DNA of 63,473 bases, filler included, from Octopus bimaculoides (Eukaryota), in the NCBI RefSeq assembly GCF_001194135.2. It is 4 parts of 4 records of this genome, joined end to end, with 100 filler letters (N's around TTAATTAATTAA, not from the genome) between each part and the next. Parts side by side here need not be neighbours in the genome. Positions count along the whole stretch, not along the records: positions 24,987 to 56,652 come from NC_068988.1; positions 56,753 to 60,423 come from NC_068996.1; positions 60,524 to 63,473 come from NC_068982.1; 1 more part is not named here. One strand, written 5' to 3'. Position numbers and translations under genes: made by a program. The notes under the pieces are model-generated. The model was not told the DNA's origin and made no database searches. It saw nothing but the letters and a program-made list of their open reading frames with translations. Below are positions 53,127 through 63,473 of the stretch, piece by piece (within the stretch, counting starts at the first letter, position 1; every line of letters begins with the position of its first letter).

Positions 53127-56100
53127 TTCAAATTCACCTTGCCCTAATTAAATATTCTAAATGACTTGAGATACTTGTCCTGCTTGTTTTTGTTGTCCTT
53201 TTAACTCTAATATAATATATACCTGCTAACTCAGAAGCCTAATATGGATCCCTAGTTCCAGCCACAGCTGTGAGCTTGGAGCCTAACAGATGACCAACCA
53301 TACTACTTACTNNNNNNNNNNNNNNNNNNNNNNNNNNNNNNNNNNNNNNNNNNNNNNNNNNNNNNNNNNNNNNNNNNNNNNNNNNNNNNNNNNNNNNNNN
53401 NNNNNNNNNNNNNNNNNNNNNNNNNNNNNNNNNNNNNNNNNNNNNNNNNNNNNNNNNNNNNNNNNNNNNNNNNNNNNNNNNNNNNNNNNNNNNNNNNNNN
53501 NNNNNNNNNNNNNNNNNNNNNNNNNNNNNNNNNNNNNNNNNNNNNNNNNNNNNNNNNNNNNNNNNNNNNNNNNNNNNNNNNNNNNNNNNNNNNNNNNNNN
53601 NNNNNNNNNNNNNNNNNNNNNNNNNNNNNNNNNNNNNNNNNNNNNNNNNNNNNNNNNNNNNNNNNNNNNNNNNNNNNNNNNNNNNNNNNNNNNNNNNNNN
53701 NNNNNNNNNNNNNNNNNNNNNNNNNNNNNNNNNNNNNNNNNNNNNNNNNNNNNNNNNNNNNNNNNNNNNNNNNNNNNNNNNNNNNNNNNNNNNNNNNNNN
53801 NNNNNNNNNNNNNNNNNNNNNNNNNNNNNNNNNNNNNNNNNNNNNNNNNNNNNNNNNNNNNNNNNNNNNNNNNNNNNNNNNNNNNNNNNNNNNNNNNNNN
53901 NNNNNNNNNNNNNNNNNNNNNNNNNNNNNNNNNNNNNNNNNNNNNNNNNNNNNNNNNNNNNNNNNNNNNNNNNNNNNNNNNNNNNNNNNNNNNNNNNNNN
54001 NNNNNNNNNNNNNNNNNNNNNNNNNNNNNNNNNNNNNNNNNNNNNNNNNNNNNNNNNNNNNNNNNNNNNNNNNNNNNNNNNNNNNNNNNNNNNNNNNNNN
54101 NNNNNNNNNNNNNNNNNNNNNNNNNNNNNNNNNNNNNNNNNNNNNNNNNNNNNNNNNNNNNNNNNNNNNNNNNNNNNNNNNNNNNNNNNNNNNNNNNNNN
54201 NNNNNNNNNNNNNNNNNNNNNNNNNNNNNNNNNNNNNNNNNNNNNNNNNNNNNNNNNNNNNNNNNNNNNNNNNNNNNNNNNNNNNNNNNNNNNNNNNNNN
54301 GGGTCTTCTCACGCACAGCACATTTCCAAAGGTATTATATATAATTTATATATAATATAAATGATATATAAATATATGCATATATCCAAACCTATATGTA
54401 CATACCTACATATATATGTATACATACATGCATACATGGGTACAGGACATCAAAAGAGCGTTAAACACAATGAGAAACGAAAACATAAAAACGAAAACAT
54501 AGAAAACAAACGTTTTTCGAACAACGTAAAAAACAAACAGAGAAACGAGACATGCAGCATAAAGAGTATACCCTTTCATCAGTTGTCCGTTTCATCTACT
54601 CCACATTTCAAATGCAAGGGCAATACGTGACTTCATTGAAACAGTCCTTCCCAGAAAGCAAATTAAATAAAATTTGGGATTTTTTGCAGAGGGTGAAAGT
54701 GTTAACAAAGACAGGACAGTGAGAACAAGACGGTAAAAACAAACGGTGAGGGCTATTGAGCCAAGACGATAGAAAAATTATTATGAACGCTAGGTATACG
54801 AGCCATAAGAGAAGAGACAGAAAAAAGCACGTCTTTCCTTTAGGAAGGCAGTGGACAGAAAAAGAGATCCCCTTTCGTCATGTGTCAGCGACGAGAGAGT
54901 TAAGGAGGAAGAGTGAGAGAGAGGGAATGGTAATAAGGAGAGAAGAATAGGGAAAGGGTTGGAGAGAAAGACAGAAAGGATGAAGAACAAGAGAGGGAGA
55001 GAGATAGACAGAGAAGAGATAGTAGAAGATTGTGCATCCTAATTATTAAGATAAAACTTACTTGGAAAAGGATGCGTGGCGTTTGATCATATAATAATGT
55101 AAATAATATATAACTATATGCATATATCCATATANNNNNNNNNNNNNNNNNNNNNNNNNNNNNNNNNNNNNNNNNNNNNNNNNNNNNNNNNNNNNNNNNN
55201 NNNNNNNNNNNNNNNNNNNNNNNNNNNNNNNNNNNNNNNNNNNNNNNNNNNNNNNNNNNNNNNNNNNNNNNNNNNNNNNNNNNNNNNNNNNNNNNNNNNN
55301 NNNNNNNNNNNNNNNNNNNNNNNNNNNNNNNNNNNNNNNNNNNNNNNNNNNNNNNNNNNNNNNNNNNNNNNNNNNNNNNNNNNNNNNNNNTACACATTTA
55401 TGGATTTGTGTTGCAAGATTCCTGATGTGAAGTTGTGTGTTGAAACAGATATTGTTGTATTTCAAGATGGACATTTTATTTTTGCCAAATAAGCACTCGC
55501 ACTACATATTTATTCTTCACTCATTTATTATTGTTCTTATTCTAACTGATGTCCATTGTCTGAAAATCTTTCATCACACATCTGTGACCTCCTCAGCAAC
55601 ACTTTCCATCTCCATGCGTGCTCTTGCTCTGCTTGAAAGATTTCCAGACAATGGATTATAGATATAGTCATTTCCAAAAATTAGTAAAATTAACAAACAA
55701 CAAGAGGACATGCGAAAAAAAATAAATACTAGCTTGATGCTCAGTGAAAAGAGAGTTTGACACTTCAAGTATAGCTCTTCACCAGAAAAGAAATTGCCAA
55801 CAGCATGTGTGTAATTACATTGATGCATACATAGAAAATACATACATAAAAAATGCATACAAAAATAATTCTTCAAGGCAGTGCCCCAGCATGGCTGCGG
55901 TATAATGACAGGAACAAGTAAAAGATAAAATATAAAAGTTATATATATAAATGTACATTTGGCACACTAAGGTAACCATACACAGACCTTACATATTTCA
56001 TTACATCCTTAATCTCTTAGTATACTCTGTTTTTATTATTATTTTTTCCCCAATCATTGTTTTCTGTTTTACAATATTTGTTGCTGTTTATTCTTATTAC

Positions 56101-56590
56101 CTGGGCAAATTATTTTCTTGCAAATTGATTCTGTGAATTATTCTGCAAGTGTGCATGACACATATCAAGATTACTGCTACAGACATACACACACCGATAC
56201 ATTCACACAAACTGCAGACTACATTCTGTCTCAAGAGAGTTGTATCAGTCAAAGTTTAAATGATTCCTGCCATGGAATAGTCTGTGGTCACTACCAATAG
56301 CTATATGCATCAGTGTATAATGTCACTATTTCCAGACTTATATTCTGGGAGGAATTTCATTAACAGAAAGAAAAAAAAAATATCCTCGATTTATTTTTGG
56401 TACATCCTCTGCAGCCATAATGATTTTGCTCAACTTTCTTAAACTAATAAATTCTGTCAAAGAAACTACAAACTACAGCTTGTAACAGTAATTAAATAAG
56501 GTTTTGAGAGTGACCAAGATAAAGAGTTTAGTAATATTATATACATACACTTATATGTGTGTGTGTGTATACATATATTTGTGTATGTTT

Positions 56591-56652
<62 letters not shown>

Positions 56653-56696
56653 NNNNNNNNNNNNNNNNNNNNNNNNNNNNNNNNNNNNNNNNNNNN

Positions 56697-56708
56697 TTAA
56701 TTAATTAA
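56697..56708. other. Artificial gap spacer TTAATTAATTAA
   Basis: Embedded in N. Confidence 0.9.
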
Positions 56709-56752
56709 NNNNNNNNNNNNNNNNNNNNNNNNNNNNNNNNNNNNNNNNNNNN

Positions 56753-56908
56753 AAATTGCACTACTGGGCACTGCACACATCCTACGCAAAACACTTTCAA
56801 TACAGTAAACATAAGAGCACCACAGCAAACCACAGCACATACCCAAGGCGCACAGGGCTGCGCTCGGTAGTGAAGTGAAAGCACGTTATAAAAATAAAAC
56901 TACTGAAC
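56753..56908 (+). mobile_element. R4/Dong-like LINE 3' end
   Basis: IALLGTAHILRKTLSIQ* (stop 56806-56808) is the typical RLE-domain C-terminus; a short UTR and (AAT)n follow. Confidence 0.85.

Positions 56909-56980
<72 letters not shown>
56909..56980. repeat. (AAT)24 tail/target tract
   Basis: Seen directly. Confidence 0.95.
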
Positions 56981-56981
<1 letters not shown>

Positions 56982-58092
56982 GAGGCATGTGCTTAGGGAT
57001 AGCAAGACCAGCAGTGAATGCAAGGATGAGGAAGAGAATGCAGATAGTGAAACTATGGCAGTAGAGTTAAAGGAAGAAAACGTGCATGAGGCTAAAAAAG
57101 TAGACAGAAAGAAACTGAATGAATGGGTCAGAAAGATAAATGATATGACTGGTGACATCAGAACTGACATTATCCCAGACACCAACAATCTGATAAATGC
57201 AATCTCGATCTTTATAGCCCGGAAGTTAGGTTTGAAAGCCAAAGGTAAATGTCAGCATAACCTGAAGGAACCATGCTGAAAAAGGAGAATAACGCAGTCT
57301 ATTAACGAGACCAGAAAACATTAATATTCTGGAACGGAAAAAGAGAAATGAAGTCCAGCGAGAGGAATATGTTGAGCCAGAATGGAAGTATATTGGGTGA
57401 AGAGAAATGGAATCAATATTGTGAATGAGGAATTAAAACAGAGGTTGAAAGCTAAAGCACATAAACCAAAGAGATATGAACAGAGGATTGAGCAGTGCAG
57501 ATTAAACAGATTTTTCGAACAAAATCAGAAACGAGTCTAACAGGAACTGGATGGGGAAAAAAAGGGGAAAAAGAGCCATGCCGGATGCTGAAGAAAGCAA
57601 AATATTCCGGGAAACAACACGAAACTGAAGCAGAATAGTTAAAGAAACTCAAAGAGGAGGATTTTGGAATAATAGAGGAGATGATTAGAGATTAATGCAG
57701 GAAAATTAATACCTGGAAAGCGCCTGGCCCAGATGGAGTTCAGGGCTTTTTGCTTAAAAACTTGACAGCTCTGCACAGAATTGCGAGACAGATGGACGAA
57801 ATACTGAGTAGTGGCATCCAAGTACCGGACTGGATGACTAAAGGAAGAACAGTACTATGCCAGAAGGACCCAAGTAAAGGGAACGCAATTGGAAATTTCC
57901 GACCAATATCTTGTTTGCCACTGATGTGGAAACTGATGACGGCCATCATATCGAACAGCATCTATAAGTACCTAGATGAGAACGACCTACTGCCAGTAGA
58001 ACAAAAAAGGTGTAGATGTAAGAGCAGAGGAACAAAAGATTGATTACTAATAGATAAGACTATTCTGGCTGACTGCAAGAAGAGACATAAAT
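56981..58092 (+). mobile_element. R4/Dong-like LINE, 5'- and 3'-truncated, with partial reverse transcriptase
   Basis: [52 protein letters not shown] and [14 protein letters not shown]; stops and frameshifts are present. Confidence 0.9.
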
Positions 58093-58523
58093 TTGATCTA
58101 TGGGAATAATTTCTATGTTTGTGGTTCGTTCTATTTTGGGTGTGACGTAATTTGTTTCCTATTTGTTTCCTATTTGTGACGTAATTTGTTTCCTGTTGTG
58201 GATTAAAAATTATGTTGCTAAAGTTTATTGCTGTGTTGTGTGTGAAACTTTGCATCTTTTTTGTTGTTGTTGTTGCAGATAAGGGTTTGGATGTGTTTGG
58301 GATGTTGTCTGCTGTGATGTTGATACTGGTTGTAGGGGAATGCTTGATGGTGATGGTGGATTAGATGGTACTGTGGAGATTGGTGTTGTGTAACCTATGC
58401 TTGTGATGTGTTTTTTTTGTGTTGTCTTTTACCGAATCGCTAGGTACGGGGACATAAACACACCAACACCGGTTGTCAAGCGGGGGTGGGGGCCAAACAT
58501 AAACACAAAAGCACATACACAAA

Positions 58524-58595
<72 letters not shown>

Positions 58596-59190
58596 CAATA
58601 AGTTTCTTTCAGTTTTCCGTCTACCAAATCCACTCACAACGCTTTGGTCGGCCTGAGGCTATAGTAGAAGATACTTGCCCAAGGTGCCACGCAGTGGGAC
58701 TGAACCCGGTTTACTTTTTTCTTTCTTTTCTTTTTTATTCACAGTTTTCCACTCCTCACTGCTATATTCCATTCCGCGGTGCCAAATCGGGGAGAGGCAT
58801 GTTTTCTATTTGTGGGGTTGTTACATGTGTTGGTGTTGACTCCGGTGAGTTTGATGGTGGCGAAGCTCCTGCTACTGTTGCTGCTGCAGCTGTTGTTGAT
58901 CCTGGTGGGGTTTTTGGTGGTATTGTGACTGCTGATGGTTCCTGTGTGGGTTTTGGTGGTTTGCTGAGGGCAGAAAAGTCTTCAGGTGCATTTTTGCACC
59001 ACATGTGTGGTACTCTAGCCTTCTGTCCTCTACGGTCATGGGGAGGTGGATATCTTTGAATTTGTTCGGATTAGGAGTTCCATCCCAGATCCTGACCAAT
59101 TTTCAGTCTTTATTTTCCTCACACGAATAGTGGGTGGAGAAAAGAGATGGCTGGATGAATGGATTATTCATTGGGATTCAAGTCTCCTCT
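58093..59190 (-). mobile_element. LINE ORF1-like (gag-type) region with a degenerate CCHC zinc knuckle, interrupted by a SINE
   Basis: IHLPMTVEDRRLEYHTCGAKMHLKTFLP fits C-x2-C-x4-H-x4-C with the first and last Cys mutated. A Pro/Thr/Gln-rich tail follows. The clade is uncertain. Confidence 0.6.
58425..58709 (-). mobile_element. SINE family C internal fragment nested in the ORF1 remnant
   Basis: Family C sequence with internal (CA)n. Confidence 0.85.
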
Positions 59191-59334
59191 TTAATGTGAA
59201 CGTAATTTTAATTTACTGAAATGTTTTTGTCCATTAAATTTGTTAGCAACGATTCTGCTATGGTTATGATAAACAGAGTAACTAAGTGATTTAAAAAAAA
59301 AATCTTTGGAAAAGAGTCTTGCAATAAAAATGCA

Positions 59335-59960
59335 ACATCTGGTATTGCAGAAGGAGCTCGTAATACACAATATCCTTCCAATCCCACCAGATACAGAATT
59401 TCATCTTCGAATACAAACCGGCTTTTGGAGTGATTATTGGTCATTCATTTCATTTTCTGCAGGATCTACCATTGATCCCCATGGTTGTAAACAATCCCCT
59501 TTTCTTTCATCTGTGATTGCTCTTTTTTTTTTTTTTAAATGGATCGTTTTGTTTTGTTTGAGTTGAGAATTGCAGGTGGAAATGCATCCATTAAATTTAT
59601 TTTTCCATTAAATAACGAGGCACCCAAATGTCATAACGATTCATGAATCTAGGTGTTTTTAAATACCTTATAACAGTCGTATGTTAAAAATGTACCTTCT
59701 GACCTGGATTGTTTTTCGATTTGGTTCTCCTCCTCAATAACCGTAGTCCTGCCAGAATGTTCTTGATCTTCCAGATCAAACTTTTCACTCCTAAACCTAG
59801 CAAAACCACTTACTCAACTAAGATACCACCTCCATTAATTGCACAGGAAATGAAAGAGCATTAAATGGCAAAGCTCTTATCCCGTTTCTTGCTTTTTCTT
59901 TCACTTTTAAAGTAAAAACAGTGAAAAGAAATTATTCACACAGTAATCGTATAGAAAGAC
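59335..59960 (-). mobile_element. Mariner transposase remnant (N-terminal two thirds)
   Basis: WFARFRSEKFDLEDQEHSGR, YDIWVPRYL (WVPHEL motif), a decayed ITxDE region and TPKAGLYSKMKFCIWWDWKDIVYYELL. Confidence 0.9.
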
Positions 59961-60372
59961 GTGTTGAAATGTCAATCGAAGTCTCACGGACCTCTTTTGA
60001 TTTCGGAACGCCCTGCTAGACAAAATCCAGCATGATATGCTAGCGAGGTGATAGTCAGGATTATCCCTTCAATATGTGTGTGTGTGTGTGTGTGTGCATG
60101 AGTGTCTTTGTGTCTGTTTTGACCTCCACCATCGCTTGACCACTGGTGTAGGTGAGTTTACATCCATATAACTTAACTGCTCAGCAAAAAGTCGATAAAC
60201 AAAAGAATAAAAGTACTGGGGCCGATTCGTCAATGCTGTGCTCCAGCATGGTCGCAGTCTAATGACTCAAACAAATAAAAAATAAAGAAAAACACACACA
60301 CATACACACACGCACACACACACACATATATACATATATAAATATATATATACATATATATACATATATATG

Positions 60373-60423
<51 letters not shown>

Positions 60424-60467
60424 NNNNNNNNNNNNNNNNNNNNNNNNNNNNNNNNNNNNNNNNNNNN

Positions 60468-60479
60468 TTAATTAATTAA
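60468..60479. other. Artificial gap spacer TTAATTAATTAA
   Basis: Embedded in N. Confidence 0.9.
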
Positions 60480-60523
60480 NNNNNNNNNNNNNNNNNNNNN
60501 NNNNNNNNNNNNNNNNNNNNNNN

Positions 60524-60940
60524 CCTCTCCTCTCTTGTTCCGACTCCTACTTCTCTTCACTCCTACTCTCCTTCTCTTCACTCCTACCCACCTTACCCCT
60601 TCCTCTTCTCCCTTCATCGTTACCCCTCCCTCGTAACCCCACCCTACACAATCCAACCGAAACTTACCTATCCATCCCACCCCACCCACCTCACGCTTAC
60701 ACCCATTCCCATATACCCCACCTCTACCCTCACCCTCAGCCTAACCCACACTCTACCCTTGCTTTTCCCACTCTCACCTCCCCCACATCCCAACACCACC
60801 ACACCACACCACACACCACCACACCATACACCACCATACCACACAATACATCACATCACATCACACCACCACGCACACACTAGCACTGACAACTTCCCAT
60901 CCCCACACCATCATCCACACCCCTACATATGCACACACGC
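60524..60940. repeat. C/A-rich, nearly G-free low-complexity block
   Basis: Runs of CCC, ACACC and CTCTT; strong strand asymmetry. Confidence 0.85.
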
Positions 60941-61139
60941 ACACGTCAAGGACACCAGCTCTCTTCCACACTCACATACGTACTCTCTTATACACATGCA
61001 TGCGCACCTTCGTTTTGGGATCACCACTTTTTTATTATCTTCCCTTCTTCCTAGCTCTCCTGTGTGACGCCTCTGTCCGGCATTCGCCATGATAGATCGC
61101 TAGCCACTATGCATTCTTTACGTTCTCTCCTTGTTTCTT

Positions 61140-61265
61140 TCTGTGTTCCTTTCTGTCGAAGAGCGTAGGCTCGAAACGTTAAAGAATTTTTCACTTCCCG
61201 ATCGCTAAACTAACACATCTGTTTGTTGTCTACACCACCTGTCTTCGTCGTTTGTGCTTTTGTGA
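61140..61265 (+). mobile_element. Short interspersed repeat with a minimal hammerhead-like motif (61149-61184)
   Basis: CTTT CTGTCGAA GAGC-GTAG-GCTC GAAA CG TT AAAG; homologous to 10560-10680. Confidence 0.6.
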
Positions 61266-61752
61266 ATTCTCCCTACACACACACACACACACATATATGT
61301 ATGTATNNNNNNNNNNNNNNNNNNNNNNNNNNNNNNNNNNNNNNNNNNNNNNNNNNNNNNNNNNNNNNNNNNNNNNNNNNNNNNNNNNNNNNNNNNNNNN
61401 NNNNNNNNNNNNNNNNNNNNNNNNNNNNNNNNNNNNNNNNNNNNNNNNNNNNNNNNNNNNNNNNNNNNNNNNNNNNNNNNNNNNNNNNNNNNNNNNNNNN
61501 NNNNNNNNNNNNNNNNNNNNNNNNNNNNNNNNNNNNNNNNNNNNNNNNNNNNNNNNNNNTATATATACACGCATACACACATACAGAATTGTACATACAG
61601 AGGATTTCCAGAAATTAACAATCAATTTCACAGAAAATTGAATTTTCACGCTTAAGGGCACATTACATTTATTCTGTTGGATATATGAACAATGTAACTA
61701 ATTCTTTTTGCTCGAGTTTGTCAAACTGACATAAAATATTTTCACTCCTTAC

Positions 61753-61790
61753 TTCATGCTCAAATCCCCAGAGACAGGAACAGTATCGCA
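61753..61790 (-). other. Candidate 38-nt exon (possibly 5' UTR ending in ATG AA)
   Basis: Acceptor TTTTTAAAATCTTTGTAG and donor GAA|GTAAGG, in the CpG-normal flank of the depleted domain. Confidence 0.25.
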
Positions 61791-62251
61791 CTACAAAGAT
61801 TTTAAAAAGACTGGAAACCTTCATATAGTCGTTCAACCTGCTAGAAATAGATGAAAAGCTGAGTTGGAATCACATCTCTTAATATGAAATGATACATTTG
61901 ACAAAGTATATTCATTTATAGGCAAAATACGACATAGTTACAGCTTGAATACATTTGGTTGTATGTCATATTGCTCGGGTTTGACTTGAGGTTAAACGGC
62001 AATAACTACAATATATCTCCTAACGAATAACATTTCATCAAGGAAGTGAGCGTGCAAAAACAATAAAAACAATAGAGAAGTCAAGGATGTCGCCGAAAAT
62101 TAGAGGAACGCTCAAAATTATGAAATTAACTTTTCCACAAAACAGAACTGTTGCATAGTTTGTATATTCCAAATATTCTTATAAAAACATAAAACTTTTT
62201 ATACATAAAGTCTCACGAAGCAGCTTTGAATAAAATATATTTGTGTAAAGT

Positions 62252-62640
62252 GTGGAGGCGCAATGGCCCAGTGGTTAGGGCAGTGGACTCGCGGTCATAG
62301 GATCGCGGTTTCGATTCCCAGACCGGGCGTTGTGAGTGTTTATTGAGCGAAAACACCTAAAGCTCCACGAGGCTCTGGCAGGGGATGGTGGTGAACCCTG
62401 CTGTACTCTCCCACCACAACTTTCTCTCACTCTTTCTTCCTGTTTCTCTTGTACCTGTATTTCAAAGGGGCCAGCCTTGTCACACTGAGACACGCTGAAT
62501 ATCCTCGAGAACTACGTTAAGGGTACACGTGTCTGTGGAGTGCTCAGCCACTTGCACGTTAATTTCACGAGCAGGCTGTTCCGTTGATCGGATCAACTGG
62601 AACCCTCGACGTCGTAAGCGACGGAGTGCCAACAACAACA
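62252..62640 (+). mobile_element. SINE family A, full length, young
   Basis: Perfect 13-bp TSD ATTTGTGTAAAGT at 62239-62251 and 62641-62653; A/B boxes; (AAC)n tail. Confidence 0.95.
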
Positions 62641-62799
62641 ATTTGTGTAAAGTACATAGCGTCATTCAAATCCCAATATATATATTCATCCATACTCTTT
62701 GGGACTAATTTCGCAGCGAAAGGTATTCTTACATTCGAATGTACTTGAACGTGTTAAATACAACTTTACACGAATATATTTTATTCAGCACCTCTTCGT

Positions 62800-63457
62800 G
62801 TGACTTTATATAATTCTGACTTGATCACATTTACGCACATCAACAAACGTAGCGTATATGAAATCGTTGCCTCAGTGAAGTCAATTCAGTGCGTCTTCAA
62901 GTACACGCTGAAAGGAATGACCAAGCTGCTGTTCAAATAATCAATGATAACGAAATTAGTCAATATCTAATGGGTTGGTATATTAGACAATCCGAAGCAG
63001 TTGCATCCATTTTAGGATTTTCAATTCATGAAAGAGTATCTGCAATAGTGAGACTACAAGTTCATATACCAGATGAACAAAGATTATTGTTCAAAAATAA
63101 TGAGGATATGGCTGTCAATGAGCTACATATTAGAACATTGACAGAATTCTTTTCGTTGTGCATCAATGATGACTTTGCAAAAACATTACTTTATGCTGAA
63201 GTACCCATATATATCACTCGGAACAATACTAACAAAGAATGGCAAAGAAAGCGAGGAAAAAAAGTTGAATACCATTTAAACTTTTTCCAAAAAGAAACAC
63301 TTGGTTGTGTTTATGTTGTCACTCCAAAGGCAGGAAAACTGTATTATATAAGAATCTTATTGCATGAAGTTTGAAATAATATTTTTACCTCTGCTACCGC
63401 GCAACGATATTTTCAACCTGGAGTGGTTGTAACCCAACGGGTCACGGGTACATCTAG
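62800..63457 (+). mobile_element. Helitron remnant: Rep/helicase fragment plus 3' terminus
   Basis: HIN...SVKSIQCVFKYTLKG/NDQA, NEISQYLMGWYIRQSEAVASILGFSIHER, VRLQVH, TLTEFF..C..DDFAKTLLY.EVP and LYYIRILLHEV. A small hairpin and CTAG|T follow at 63454-63458. Confidence 0.9.
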
Positions 63458-63473
63458 TATGTATATGTGTGTG

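Overview
AT-rich, microsatellite-dense animal genomic scaffold with many N gaps. The SINE repertoire and repeat style suggest an octopus; this is inference from recognised repeats, not a database result. Almost all ORFs in the supplied track are microsatellite or N-gap artefacts, and no complete protein-coding gene can be supported. The window is a mosaic of retroelement and transposon debris: at least five tRNA-headed or SINE-like families (labelled A to E here, not official names); RTE-clade LINE 3' fragments; R4/Dong-like fragments next to (TAA)n; a Penelope-like fragment; a zinc-knuckle LINE ORF1; mariner remnants and MITEs; and a Helitron remnant with its 3' terminus. The most interesting signals are: five hammerhead-ribozyme-like motifs from three repeat families, including a near-canonical type I motif at 52803-52877; a probably spacerless 322-bp palindrome at 32315-32713; and a CpG-depleted domain (about 24.5-56.7 kb) suggesting a methylated host-gene body whose exons can only be guessed. 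Repeat boundaries are approximate (about 10-30 bp) unless target-site duplications (TSDs) are quoted.
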